A program made the translations under genes and the position numbers. Positions 10,552-19,514 of a DNA stretch of 64,000 nucleotides are shown here, piece after piece. The stretch spans positions 1 through 64,000 of the IMG/VR virus record IMGVR_UViG_3300032335_001233; one strand, given 5' to 3'. Below the pieces are notes generated by a model. The model saw only the letters and a program-made list of their open reading frames with translations. It had not been told where the DNA came from and searched no databases. Each line of letters starts with the position of its first letter. The first letter of the stretch is position 1. This DNA is from a virus (taxonomy: Duplodnaviria > Caudoviricetes).

Positions 10552-11124
10552 TTAATTGCCTCGTGAGCCCTGGCGATCCAGCTCACGAAATGCTTGATCG
10601 CTTTGCTGTGTGACCTGAGCGGCTGCACGTTGGCGATCTCTGCGCTGTTGTAAAGGATTGGCATCGCCTGTGGGCAAGGCCACCAAAGCATAGCTTCTGA
10701 ACTGTGTGCCCTGAGTTACACGTTTGATTTCTACTACTTCGGCACCAGTGATGTCCACAGTGCGGCACATGCTTCTAATAGCCATGCGTGAATTTTCCAC
10801 ACTTTGATCGCCTACGTCGGCACGGAACACACGACTCTGCTTGTCTACTTCGCCGCCGGCTGCGGTGCAGATATTGCCATAGGCTACCAGCTTGGCTTTT
10901 TCGTCAGCCATGCTGAGATCGCCACTCACTGCTGATCCTGAAGCATAGATGGCGCTGTTGCTTTTGGGCAGTTCGTTCATCCATTTGGGTGCTCGATCCA
11001 AGGCTCGCTCAATTTGTCGTTCGGTGCGTTCACGTTCAGCGTCGGCACGTTTTTGATAGGGGTCTGTGCTGCCGCAGGCTGTGAGCAACACCGCCACACT
11101 GCAAATTACAAAGATGTTTTTCAT
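10552..11124 (-). CDS. Lipoprotein (LPP20-like)
   Basis: Lipobox LTAC; P.W and A..KA motifs. Confidence 0.75.
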   Translation of the reverse strand: MKNIFVICSVAVLLTACGSTDPYQKRADAERERTERQIERALDRAPKWMNELPKSNSAIYASGSAVSGDLSMADEKAKLVAYGNICTAAGGEVDKQSRVFRADVGDQSVENSRMAIRSMCRTVDITGAEVVEIKRVTQGTQFRSYALVALPTGDANPLQQRRDRQRAAAQVTQQSDQAFRELDRQGSRGN

Positions 11125-11132
11125 GATGTTCC

Positions 11133-11255
11133 TCAACGTGATTTAATCCAATCGCCGGCTTTTTTCAAGTCCTCTCCGGCACCACTTACTGCTCCGCCCA
11201 TGGTGCCACAGCCGGTCAAAGCTGCCGCTACCACGAGTACTGCCAATAGTTTCAT
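11133..11255 (-). CDS. Entericidin EcnA/B-like small lipoprotein (40 aa)
   Basis: MKLLAVLVVAAALTGCGTMGGAVSGAGEDLKKAGDWIKSR; lipobox and G.G.D motif; AGGAGG SD; not in the ORF track. Confidence 0.75.
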   Translation of the reverse strand: MKLLAVLVVAAALTGCGTMGGAVSGAGEDLKKAGDWIKSR

Positions 11256-11284
11256 AGCATCCTCCTGGTTAGAAACATATCTTG

Positions 11285-11313
11285 ATTGTACACAAATATT
11301 CAATCAGTGTCAA
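11285..11313 (-). promoter_or_regulatory. sigma70-type promoter
   Basis: TTGACA-17-TACAAT. Confidence 0.75.
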
Positions 11314-11314
11314 G

Positions 11315-11881
11315 TTAGAATTTGTCCACAACTACCCATGATCCGCCTTGAACTTGGCAAATGATGCCTTGGTAGGTATAGATGTCTTGATTGCGAAATT
11401 GGCTGTCCAAAAACCAACGGCAGTGAGTACCTTGGTGCCAGAATGATTTTGGGTAGTCTGGATGTGGCCTAAACTGGTGCAGTCGTCCTTGGCTGCCTGG
11501 GCGAGACTCGCGCACAGTCACCAAGTCTGCTTGGTCTCGGCACACCATGACTTGATCTGTGCGCAGTTGACTTTGGCCCACACGCTGGATCACAGATTGT
11601 TCGGCCCGAGTCACAGCAATGGCACAGGCTTCGTCACGTGACCGATCTCCAGGCCAGTCATATTCACCAAATGCAGTGTGCCATTCTGAGCCTATGCGAG
11701 CACGAAATGTGGCTTGACATCGCATGGCGCCAGTGGGCAAATTTACAACTTCTCGACGCAGACCCGAACGTTCAAGAATCTGCACTGACGCTTGGCTCAC
11801 TGTGCGCTGTTGCATTACACATTGATCTGAGTTGGCCCAGGCCAACACGGGCACAAGAGCAAGAACGGTCAGCAGTTTCAT
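11315..11881 (-). CDS. Secreted Cys-containing protein
   Basis: Signal peptide MKLLTVLALVPVLAWA; six Cys. Confidence 0.7.
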   Translation of the reverse strand: MKLLTVLALVPVLAWANSDQCVMQQRTVSQASVQILERSGLRREVVNLPTGAMRCQATFRARIGSEWHTAFGEYDWPGDRSRDEACAIAVTRAEQSVIQRVGQSQLRTDQVMVCRDQADLVTVRESRPGSQGRLHQFRPHPDYPKSFWHQGTHCRWFLDSQFRNQDIYTYQGIICQVQGGSWVVVDKF

Positions 11882-12225
11882 GAGCAGTACCTCAGCTGAT
11901 TGAGATGATAGTTGATGTATCGGTTGGGGTTGCCAAGAGCCATGTCATAATTCACCAACCATACTTGGCCGTTGGTCACAATGGTCCAAGGCTGAAAACT
12001 CAGCCGCATACGAGCCGCAAACTGCTCGTCGGCTGTGAGCCTCATAGACTGTAGCATGGCCACTTGCTGTGCCTTGAAGCGACAGTCAGTTTGAAAGTAG
12101 TTGAGATCCACGGTGGCCATGGGCACACGATGTGGTGCCGGATGTGTAGCACAACCGCTACACAGGGCGACAATTGTAACGCAGAGTCCAAAGACGATGC
12201 CGGAATTGACTACGGATTTGGTCAT
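11878..12225 (-). CDS. Putative lipoprotein
   Basis: Hydrophobic stretch followed by CSGC. Confidence 0.6.
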   Translation of the reverse strand: MTKSVVNSGIVFGLCVTIVALCSGCATHPAPHRVPMATVDLNYFQTDCRFKAQQVAMLQSMRLTADEQFAARMRLSFQPWTIVTNGQVWLVNYDMALGNPNRYINYHLNQLRYCS

Positions 12226-12406
12226 GATGTCTTTCATTTTGCAAAGGTGCACGTGCCACATGGCTTTGAGTTTCAAGCCAACGTTCTGCTGCCTCAATGT
12301 TGGCACAATCATTGGGCATGGCCAACATGGCCGGTGGTGGTGGTTGATAAGTTGAGCATGCACTCAGTAACGCTGTGGCCACTGCAACGGTCATGATCTG
12401 TTTCAT
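12158..12406 (-). CDS. Putative lipoprotein
   Basis: Lipobox LSAC. Confidence 0.65.
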   Translation of the reverse strand: MKQIMTVAVATALLSACSTYQPPPPAMLAMPNDCANIEAAERWLETQSHVARAPLQNERHHDQIRSQFRHRLWTLRYNCRPV

Positions 12407-12663
12407 TGATTGCCCCACTTCATGGCAAAGGCTGTGGCATCTGCTGGATCTTCAAATGCAAACTCGCCCAAGAAGAAACTGCTGACCCAGTAGCCTCGAC
12501 AGGCTGTTTCGGCCCAGATGTTGAGTCCCATCCAGCTCAGTCGTACTTCGCCACGCTTGAATCCGGCCTGACCACTGCGAACCACTGTCCAACCTCGCTT
12601 GCGAGCACCACGCACTGAGCGTGGATTGCTGGCTCGGTAGGGTAGGTGTAAACAGCGACTCAT
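12403..12663 (-). CDS. Hypothetical protein
   Basis: C-terminal FEDPADATAFAMKW motif typical of small proteins of large phages. Confidence 0.65.
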   Translation of the reverse strand: MSRCLHLPYRASNPRSVRGARKRGWTVVRSGQAGFKRGEVRLSWMGLNIWAETACRGYWVSSFFLGEFAFEDPADATAFAMKWGNQ

Positions 12664-12878
12664 AGTGTTTTGAGCATGTCAAATCGAACCATTGTTTTGG
12701 CTTCGTCTTGGTCAATATACTCCAAGGCCTCTTTCAGTGTGCGACCAGTGGTGCCCACATACTGCACACCGTCCCGCCAGTGAGCATACAGGCTGACGCC
12801 TTCTCGCCGGCCTTGGTAGTAAGCACGACTTTGGGCCAGTTGCAGATACTGATCTTGTTCAGGAGTGAAGGTTATCAT
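12660..12878 (-). CDS. Hypothetical protein
   Basis: YAHWRDGVQYVGTTGRTLKEA; start trimmed to MITF. Confidence 0.65.
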   Translation of the reverse strand: MITFTPEQDQYLQLAQSRAYYQGRREGVSLYAHWRDGVQYVGTTGRTLKEALEYIDQDEAKTMVRFDMLKTL

Positions 12879-13017
12879 CACGACCTCGATGTTTGGGTTT
12901 GCGACAGTAGTCGGTCTTGGGCCGTTCCACACGACCGCGGAACGGTAAGTCTCGATCAAACAAGGCTCGATGACGACGCTCTTTTACTGGCGGTAGTGTG
13001 AAATGTATGGGCTTCAT
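12859..13017 (-). CDS. ArfA-like alternative ribosome-rescue factor (52 aa, leaderless)
   Basis: MKPIHFTLPPVKERRHRALFDRDLPFRGRVERPKTDYCRKPKHRGRDDNLHS; FRxRVE..K..YxRKxKH as in ArfA; has its own promoter. Confidence 0.65.
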   Translation of the reverse strand: MKPIHFTLPPVKERRHRALFDRDLPFRGRVERPKTDYCRKPKHRGRDDNLHS

Positions 13018-13026
13018 AATAGTGTA

Positions 13027-13055
13027 ATTATACATGCCCGTGAATTATTGGTCAA
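13027..13055 (-). promoter_or_regulatory. Early sigma70-type promoter
   Basis: TTGACC-17-TATAAT. Confidence 0.85.
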
Positions 13056-13060
13056 CCATG

Positions 13061-13086
13061 AAAAACCCGCCAAAACAGCGGGTTTT
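13061..13086. terminator. Intrinsic terminator
   Basis: AAAACCCGC-N7-GCGGGTTTT after the phasin-like gene. Confidence 0.75.
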
Positions 13087-13106
13087 GTAATGCCAAAGTG
13101 CTAGAC

Positions 13107-13382
13107 TTATTTTTTGGCTGTGGTGGTTTGGTAGGCTTTCATGACGCCTTCACCAAATTTGGCATAGTCAAATTTCATGGCTTCTTGAGTGGCCTTGACT
13201 GCTTCTTGAGTCAGTGTGGTCATGGTGTCCATGCCAACTCGTGCGGCCTTTTTGGTGTATTCGGCTTGAGCATCCACGAACTGGATCAAGCTGTCTTTGA
13301 CCACAGCATTTTGAACAAAGGTATTGACCATGGTCTTTTTGCCGGTTTGAATGGCATCTACTACTGCATCGATTGTAAACAT
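13107..13382 (-). CDS. Phasin-like amphipathic helical protein
   Basis: Ala/Thr/Gln-rich helical 91-aa protein; AAGGAG SD. Confidence 0.55.
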   Translation of the reverse strand: MFTIDAVVDAIQTGKKTMVNTFVQNAVVKDSLIQFVDAQAEYTKKAARVGMDTMTTLTQEAVKATQEAMKFDYAKFGEGVMKAYQTTTAKK

Positions 13383-13460
13383 GTGTATCTCCTTAAAAGC
13401 GAGTTTACTGCAACAAGGCCCGCCCCATGCGGCACCTTGTGTGTATTGTAGCATTATTTA

Positions 13461-13475
13461 TGTTGCGGTGCAACA
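13461..13475. promoter_or_regulatory. Palindromic operator TGTTGC-N3-GCAACA (PhaR-box-like)
   Basis: Perfect 6-3-6 palindrome abutting TAAATA (13455-13460, minus strand). Confidence 0.55.
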
Positions 13476-13530
13476 ATTATTCTAAAAAAGTTTAGTGTTT
13501 GATCACTAAATATTCAGAAGGAGAACTTTC

Positions 13531-13905
13531 ATGCTCAAAGCAATTATCAACTGGTTCACAGGATCCAAGCCGGACCCCAGAGCCGAAGCACCACGTGTGG
13601 CCGAAGAGGCGGCCCCGTACAAGATCGAAACACCAATTGTGGCTCCCATGATGGTGCCACCGCCCGCACCCGAACCAGCCAAATGTGGCTGTGGGCGTAG
13701 CATCACTGGTTATTGTGTGGGCTTGCACAAACTCACAGCACAAGAATGGGCTGTTCATCCCAACAACCCAGTCAAGCCTGTGATTGAACAGACTAAGTCC
13801 AAGACAAGTCGCAAGACTGTGGCCAAAGCAGTGCCAGCCAAAAAGCCGGCCGCTATCAAAGCAGCACCCAAGAAGGCAGCGCCGCGAAAGCCTGCTGCAA
13901 AATAA
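13531..13905 (+). CDS. CDGSH-type iron-binding finger protein with Lys/Ala/Pro-rich tail
   Basis: CGCGRS..GYCVGLH; histone H1-like C-terminus. Confidence 0.65.
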   Translation: MLKAIINWFTGSKPDPRAEAPRVAEEAAPYKIETPIVAPMMVPPPAPEPAKCGCGRSITGYCVGLHKLTAQEWAVHPNNPVKPVIEQTKSKTSRKTVAKAVPAKKPAAIKAAPKKAAPRKPAAK

Positions 13906-13929
13906 AAAAGCCCCGCAAGGGGCTTTTTT
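13904..13929. terminator. Bidirectional intrinsic terminator
   Basis: AAAAAAGCCCC-GCAA-GGGGCTTTTTT between convergent genes. Confidence 0.9.
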
Positions 13930-14209
13930 ATTGAGTCAACATTCTTATTAACCCTATGGTATCTATAGTGGTCAACAGAATATAGTTAGCCAGCATGCCA
14001 AAAGATTGCCTAGTCCAACTAGCCCAAGCATACATACCGCAGCCGAGAATCCAAATAGGATAAAGGATAATAAGAGGCGGACTTGGGACTGTGAGCGCCA
14101 TAACAATACTGCAACCAATACTAATAGCCCATGCAAGAAGCTCAATAATAAAGCGAATTCTGTTAGACTTAAAGTCATCTCGGATCCAATCAATGGTGTT
14201 GTGAAACAT
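13928..14209 (-). CDS. Small multi-TM membrane protein
   Basis: Three hydrophobic segments. Confidence 0.7.
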   Translation of the reverse strand: MFHNTIDWIRDDFKSNRIRFIIELLAWAISIGCSIVMALTVPSPPLIILYPIWILGCGMYAWASWTRQSFGMLANYILLTTIDTIGLIRMLTQ

Positions 14210-15221
14210 ACTGATTGTATAATTGTTCGCTGGCAAGATTCTTGCCTTTGGCTTCAACTTCGATGTCAAACTGGTCAGCAAACGTCAAGGCCCATTCGTT
14301 GACTGCAGAATTCCACATAAAGTCCGAATGTGCTCGTATTTTTTGTTTCTTCATGCCCTGAGCCATGAGGATTGCAAGATCAGGCCTAGTTCGGGTACAA
14401 TGACCCACAAGAAGATCTTCGCGACTAACACTGTAGTGCATGCCAGGGCGCACACCACGCCAACTGTCAACAACCCGCTGAGTACGATCATCCTGAGCAC
14501 TGATATATTCGCCTGTGTTAACCCAGTGATGGTGTATGTCCAATACAAGAGCCACATGCTGGCCCACAGCAAGAGTAGAGTCAAGACCATTTGATATTTC
14601 GTCGTTTTCGATGGTTATGAGGTTGCGAGCCTCGGGACTCAATCGCTTGAGTGTTTGAAGAAACTTGGCAGCGCCACCTCGACCGCTCAAGTGTACGTTG
14701 ATCATGAATCCATGATCGTGCCAAGTGGCGCCATAGCCCATCCAGCGAGCCATGTCTGCATGATACTCAAATTCAAGAATGCTTCGTTCCACAATCTCGT
14801 CAGCTTCGCTGGCCAACACACAGAATTGTCCTGGATGGAAAGATAGCCGAACACCAAGACGCCGAGCAGCTTCACCGACCGGCGCAAATATGCGTTCGCA
14901 ATGATCTTGGATTTCCGGTCGTTGCCACCAGTCAATCCACGAAGGTTCGGTGTAGCCCTGTAGCATTTCTGAGCCTATGCGCAACATTCTGCGTTCAGGC
15001 GGCATGGCACCCACACGCTCTACCATTTTGAGTGCGGCTGATGCATTGTGATTCATGATGTCCCACTGCCGTTGTTCAGCTTGGTCAGCATGCTCACGCA
15101 GCCAGCGCATGGTGGTTGATCGGCCGTTGATGTCACGGTCCCGTGCATTGACCTTCATGCCCCCAGTTTCCGAGGGGTCATTAAGCCATTTGCAACAAAA
15201 GCCAAAACGTGGAGTAGTCAT
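14190..15221 (-). CDS. uvsE: UV-damage endonuclease
   Basis: GFCC, RLSFHPGQF, IEND, LDIHHH, RAHSD, EAK.K. Confidence 0.9.
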   Translation of the reverse strand: MTTPRFGFCCKWLNDPSETGGMKVNARDRDINGRSTTMRWLREHADQAEQRQWDIMNHNASAALKMVERVGAMPPERRMLRIGSEMLQGYTEPSWIDWWQRPEIQDHCERIFAPVGEAARRLGVRLSFHPGQFCVLASEADEIVERSILEFEYHADMARWMGYGATWHDHGFMINVHLSGRGGAAKFLQTLKRLSPEARNLITIENDEISNGLDSTLAVGQHVALVLDIHHHWVNTGEYISAQDDRTQRVVDSWRGVRPGMHYSVSREDLLVGHCTRTRPDLAILMAQGMKKQKIRAHSDFMWNSAVNEWALTFADQFDIEVEAKGKNLASEQLYNQYVSQHH

Positions 15222-15227
15222 GTGTGC

Positions 15228-15256
15228 ATTATACACTGTTTGTGATATAAAGTCAA
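15228..15256 (-). promoter_or_regulatory. sigma70-type promoter (leaderless uvsE)
   Basis: TTGACT-17-TATAAT with the ATG 6 nt downstream. Confidence 0.8.
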
Positions 15257-15289
15257 TACTGCAATGCTAAATAACATTAGGAGACTTCT

Positions 15290-15664
15290 ATGTATTATAC
15301 CAAACTTGTGCTCGAAGATCATGTCGAAATGACATTGAATGACGCTTTTCTTCTAATCATAGAAGAACGTTGGAAACTGATGTCCGATGGCAACGGTCGG
15401 ACCAAGTACTACATGGTTGAAGGTGCCGAATCTTGGACACTAAATGAAACCTATGACTCAATGACTGTTGAAGAATCAAAACAAAACTGGGACGCAAAGG
15501 TACAGGGGGAGCAAAGCGCCTTTAGTCCTAGCGTGACTCGTCATGCTTGTATTAAAGTTTGGAACACTGAATCAGCTGCTCAGGCCTGGGTTGCCGCAGT
15601 TGAGGCTCTTGATTTACCCGGGGTAACCATTAGCTACCACGGCACCACTGACCCTACTGTCTAA
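15290..15664 (+). CDS. Hypothetical protein
   Basis: TAAATA and AGGAG upstream. Confidence 0.7.
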   Translation: MYYTKLVLEDHVEMTLNDAFLLIIEERWKLMSDGNGRTKYYMVEGAESWTLNETYDSMTVEESKQNWDAKVQGEQSAFSPSVTRHACIKVWNTESAAQAWVAAVEALDLPGVTISYHGTTDPTV

Positions 15665-16562
15665 TCAAATCCAGCGTAACACAATGAAACCCTCCGCCCA
15701 GTGTTCGACTGTGGCGGAGTTCCAAAGGCACCACGTTAAACTGGTGCTTTTTCAATACTGCTGCCAATTTGATCTGACGCTGGTCCACAATCACTGTGTG
15801 TGGATCAACCACCAACATGTTCATGGCAATCCATTTTGACGCATAGGGATATTGATAGAAATCCTGCGCTACAACGTCATCTACCCAGATTTTTTCCCAG
15901 CGTCGAAACACTTGAGGACAGTTTTCTTCTGTGACTCTGCTGGCATTGAGCATGACCAAGCCTTCGCGCAAAGGTACCACAGTTGAATCAATGTGCACGC
16001 CAGCATAGAAGTTACAGCGTTCCACAGTGAGGTCAGCAAATGTGTCTGACAGCCATTCATAGGCTTCGTGATTGCCCGACGCAGATTCCAACATCAGCAA
16101 TGTGTCATCCAACCTGCATACGTTGGCAGCATCTAAAACACAGCCTTGATCTCGGGGCATGGTCAACACACGAGCGTTGTGCAATATGTCATGATAGCAT
16201 TGTAGTTCCATGTCCCGACATGGATACATCATGGAGCAGTCCACTACGCGGTTGCCGTGTACAAGCAGTCGGTCGCGTGGGCAATAATTGTACATGCCGT
16301 CGTGGGTTTGAAAATTCAAAGGAGAAGGGCGTTCCACTTTGACTCCTAACAGTGTCAGCGTATCCGACAGACGTTGTAAGTCCTCGTTGGTTTCATCAAT
16401 GATCCATTGTGGCACCGGTCCCGACGGCACCGGGGTGTCTTTCCACAGTGTCTTGACACCTTCCAGGGCAAACACCGGATCATGCTGAGGCCAATTGGCA
16501 TATGTGGCATCGCCCACAACGATTCTCTTGAGTGCGCCCCACTCATTGGTGGTGTTGATCAT
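15654..16562 (-). CDS. Amidinotransferase (glycine/inosamine-phosphate amidinotransferase family)
   Basis: NEWG.L..IVVG, CPRD, DAAN, HIDST, GGGFHCVT. Confidence 0.9.
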   Translation of the reverse strand: MINTTNEWGALKRIVVGDATYANWPQHDPVFALEGVKTLWKDTPVPSGPVPQWIIDETNEDLQRLSDTLTLLGVKVERPSPLNFQTHDGMYNYCPRDRLLVHGNRVVDCSMMYPCRDMELQCYHDILHNARVLTMPRDQGCVLDAANVCRLDDTLLMLESASGNHEAYEWLSDTFADLTVERCNFYAGVHIDSTVVPLREGLVMLNASRVTEENCPQVFRRWEKIWVDDVVAQDFYQYPYASKWIAMNMLVVDPHTVIVDQRQIKLAAVLKKHQFNVVPLELRHSRTLGGGFHCVTLDLIRQ

Positions 16563-17077
16563 AAATGTCCAGTAATTTGCAAAGTGTATCGATCTTCAAG
16601 ACCAATGTTGGCTGCCATGTGTGGCACATCAAATCGCCATTCCACAGTGTGACCGGCCTGATAACACACATGAGGTTGACCATTTACTTCACTGTAGTGG
16701 CCAGGTTTCCAGTCTTCCAAGAACACAATGGCTCTACAAATTTTGGTTTCTTGGCCAGCAAGGTCAAATACTTCAACGTATCGTTTGTATAGATCTTTAT
16801 GCACCGGCATCACAGTGCCTGTGCGCATACGGTAAAAAGCCAACCCAATGTCACGCCAGCCTTGTTCCTGATATCTGTCAATAAACTGCTGAGACCAAGC
16901 AGGCAGCTGATGGCGCATGTCTGCAAGTTCGCCGCAGAATTTTGGTTGGTAGCCTTGGGTCAACCAAAGTTCTTGACTGGCAGGATCATTGAACGGTTCT
17001 GTAACATAGTTGATGCGTTTGAATTCATCATCCCAGAACCGAGCAATTTCGTAATCACAGACTGCGAGTGTTGCCAT
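16559..17077 (-). CDS. Cupin/2OG-Fe(II) oxygenase-like protein
   Basis: PVHKD...PHMAAN.G...RYTLQITG (HxD...H). Confidence 0.65.
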   Translation of the reverse strand: MATLAVCDYEIARFWDDEFKRINYVTEPFNDPASQELWLTQGYQPKFCGELADMRHQLPAWSQQFIDRYQEQGWRDIGLAFYRMRTGTVMPVHKDLYKRYVEVFDLAGQETKICRAIVFLEDWKPGHYSEVNGQPHVCYQAGHTVEWRFDVPHMAANIGLEDRYTLQITGHL

Positions 17078-18293
17078 AGTGAATCACCTCCACAGTGGGA
17101 GTGCTTTCTAGTCTGCGCCAAGGATCCACAATCACACTACCACCAAAGATTTCACAATAGGGCTGGGTATCAGCTTGTGTGCCAGTGTACTCATATGTGA
17201 TTTTTCTATTGTGTGCCCAAAGATACAGTGCTTCACCATGCACTGACTGTATGACTTCACTTTGATCATCAGCCAATGGATCTACATAGCGCACAGTCAT
17301 TCCAGCTTCTTTGACATAGTGACCCACCAAGGTGCTGTAGCTGCCAATACAGTAGGGCACGTCAGGCTTGTAGGCCTTGCCATGAATCACAATGGGCAGA
17401 TCACGCCGGCGAGCTTCGGCCACCAAGAAGTCAGCAAGATTTTTGGCCTGTACTTCCCGAGCATGCATCACAGTGTCAAACAGGTCGTAACCAATGTTGT
17501 ACTCTTGTGCCAGCCAACGCAGTGCAATATTGTCACGCGGATGGCAAGCACCAGCATCGCCCATGCCCGCTGTCATGTATTTGGGGCCCATGATGCGCAT
17601 GGTACTTCGTGCCAGTGCATTTGTGACCACATCCACGTTGATGTTACCAATCTTGAGTGCAAAGTCCTGAATCATATTGACCAATCCCACCTTGGCCGAA
17701 ATGAATGTGTTGTAAAAAATCTTCATGGCCTCGCACTCGTCCCAAGTGCCCACTTCGTATCTGGGATCATTCTCCATAATGGTCTTGTAGAGATCAATCA
17801 GCTCACCAGCAATGCCAGTGAGACTGCCGTCTTCGGTACCAATCATGACCATCTCAGGATTGACCATGTCCCATTTTACTGAGCCCATGGCAATGAGATA
17901 AGGGTTGTACACAAACTCGTGCCGAGAATCCAACAAGGGCACAAACTTGCGGCGTGTGGTTCCCGGCAACACTGTGGAGATCAGCACAATCTTCTTGGGG
18001 GTCTTGGCATAGCGGTTCACATTGTCAATGGCGTTGATCACAGCGTCGTGTCCAAAATCACGTGGTTCCATGTGTGAACTAGGCACCGACCCATCATAGC
18101 CTTCGGCATGTGGTGTGGGCACAGCAATGAAGATCCAATCACTGTCAGTGATCAATTCTTCAATGTCGCATACTTTGACACTGTCACTTTTGCGTGGGTA
18201 AATATCGTAACCGCGTACTTCGTGTCGCGTGGCAAATACTTCAGCACAGTCCAAACCCAGTTTGCCAATGCCAATGAATCCAATTTTTTGCAT
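17055..18293 (-). CDS. ugd: UDP-glucose/GDP-mannose dehydrogenase family protein
   Basis: GIGKLG, AVPTP, STV.PGT, K..YN, GACHPRD, AYKP. Confidence 0.88.
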   Translation of the reverse strand: MQKIGFIGIGKLGLDCAEVFATRHEVRGYDIYPRKSDSVKVCDIEELITDSDWIFIAVPTPHAEGYDGSVPSSHMEPRDFGHDAVINAIDNVNRYAKTPKKIVLISTVLPGTTRRKFVPLLDSRHEFVYNPYLIAMGSVKWDMVNPEMVMIGTEDGSLTGIAGELIDLYKTIMENDPRYEVGTWDECEAMKIFYNTFISAKVGLVNMIQDFALKIGNINVDVVTNALARSTMRIMGPKYMTAGMGDAGACHPRDNIALRWLAQEYNIGYDLFDTVMHAREVQAKNLADFLVAEARRRDLPIVIHGKAYKPDVPYCIGSYSTLVGHYVKEAGMTVRYVDPLADDQSEVIQSVHGEALYLWAHNRKITYEYTGTQADTQPYCEIFGGSVIVDPWRRLESTPTVEVIHYGNTRSL

Positions 18294-19514
18294 ATGATGA
18301 TTCCTTTTGATAGATTATACACATTCTTACAGGATGTAAGCAATCAAGATGATATTTTAATTTATCGCTGGAATCCGGCGGGTTCAAGAAAACTTGAAGA
18401 CTGTGCTCCGTTGTTACCTCGTCCTGAATCCGTGCTTGAACGCTACACTGCCAAATATTTGGTGTGCCATGATCAAGAACCACTATGCTTTAACGACTGG
18501 CCTGAACCACAATATCGTCAACCCAATGTCAATGTACCCTACAGCCGGTTAATGACTGTGCTGCGAACTTACTGGACAGTGTGGGATCAAGTGTTGCTGT
18601 GTCACAGCGAACTCAACAGTGCAGAATTAGAGAAATTTGAGAAGGATGGGGCCATAGGAGTTTACTGGTGGAGTCATGCTATGATTGCACGAGACTGGTT
18701 TAGGTATGCCAAGCATGATCCAGTGTTGAAGAGACCACGCACACCGCAGCAGCTATTTTTGATCTACAATCGAGCTTGGTCAGGTTCACGAGAATATCGC
18801 TTGCGTTTTATGGACCAACTCATTGACAAAAACTTACTGTCACACAGTGTGACCAGTATGAGCTACAGCGATCCTGTTCACTACAGCCAGCATCAGTTTC
18901 GCAATACTGCATTGGCCATTGATCGACAGGACTTTGAGTCTTACATTGCTGCCAACGTGCACTCCAGTTCAGCTAGTGCTGACTATGCGTCAAAGGACTA
19001 TTGTGACACTGCTATTGAAATTGTGCTAGAAACTCTGTTTGACGATGCTAGACTGTATCTCACTGAAAAGATTTTACGACCCATGGCCTGTCAGCAACCG
19101 TTTATGGTCTTGGCCCCAGCGGGCACATTGTCATTGTTGCGTAGTTATGGTTTTCGAACTTTTGGCAACGTTTGGGACGAGAGTTATGATAACATAACTG
19201 ATCCTGTAAAACGCATGGACGCTGTGTTACAAAACATGCAACTGATAGCCAGTCTTGACGCTATGCAGCGCCAAAAAATACAGCAACAGTGCCAAGCCAC
19301 AGTAGAACACAATCACAAGTGGTTTTTCAGCAAAGAATTTGCTCAAAACATAGTGTCAGAATTTCAAAATAATCTGGCCCAAGCTGTGATCCAATGTGAA
19401 CGTAGCTGCGATGCAGCACATGTACGACAGTTTGTGGCTCGTGGACTGAGTAATGTGCCCAAAGCTGACCTTGACCAGGTGTGGCAGTGGTTAGCCCAAC
19501 GTCAAAATAAATAG
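18294..19514 (+). CDS. Putative glycosyltransferase-like phage protein
   Basis: IVLET...LTEKILRP...PF and GFRTF...DESYD; start MMIPF. Confidence 0.6.
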   Translation: MMIPFDRLYTFLQDVSNQDDILIYRWNPAGSRKLEDCAPLLPRPESVLERYTAKYLVCHDQEPLCFNDWPEPQYRQPNVNVPYSRLMTVLRTYWTVWDQVLLCHSELNSAELEKFEKDGAIGVYWWSHAMIARDWFRYAKHDPVLKRPRTPQQLFLIYNRAWSGSREYRLRFMDQLIDKNLLSHSVTSMSYSDPVHYSQHQFRNTALAIDRQDFESYIAANVHSSSASADYASKDYCDTAIEIVLETLFDDARLYLTEKILRPMACQQPFMVLAPAGTLSLLRSYGFRTFGNVWDESYDNITDPVKRMDAVLQNMQLIASLDAMQRQKIQQQCQATVEHNHKWFFSKEFAQNIVSEFQNNLAQAVIQCERSCDAAHVRQFVARGLSNVPKADLDQVWQWLAQRQNK

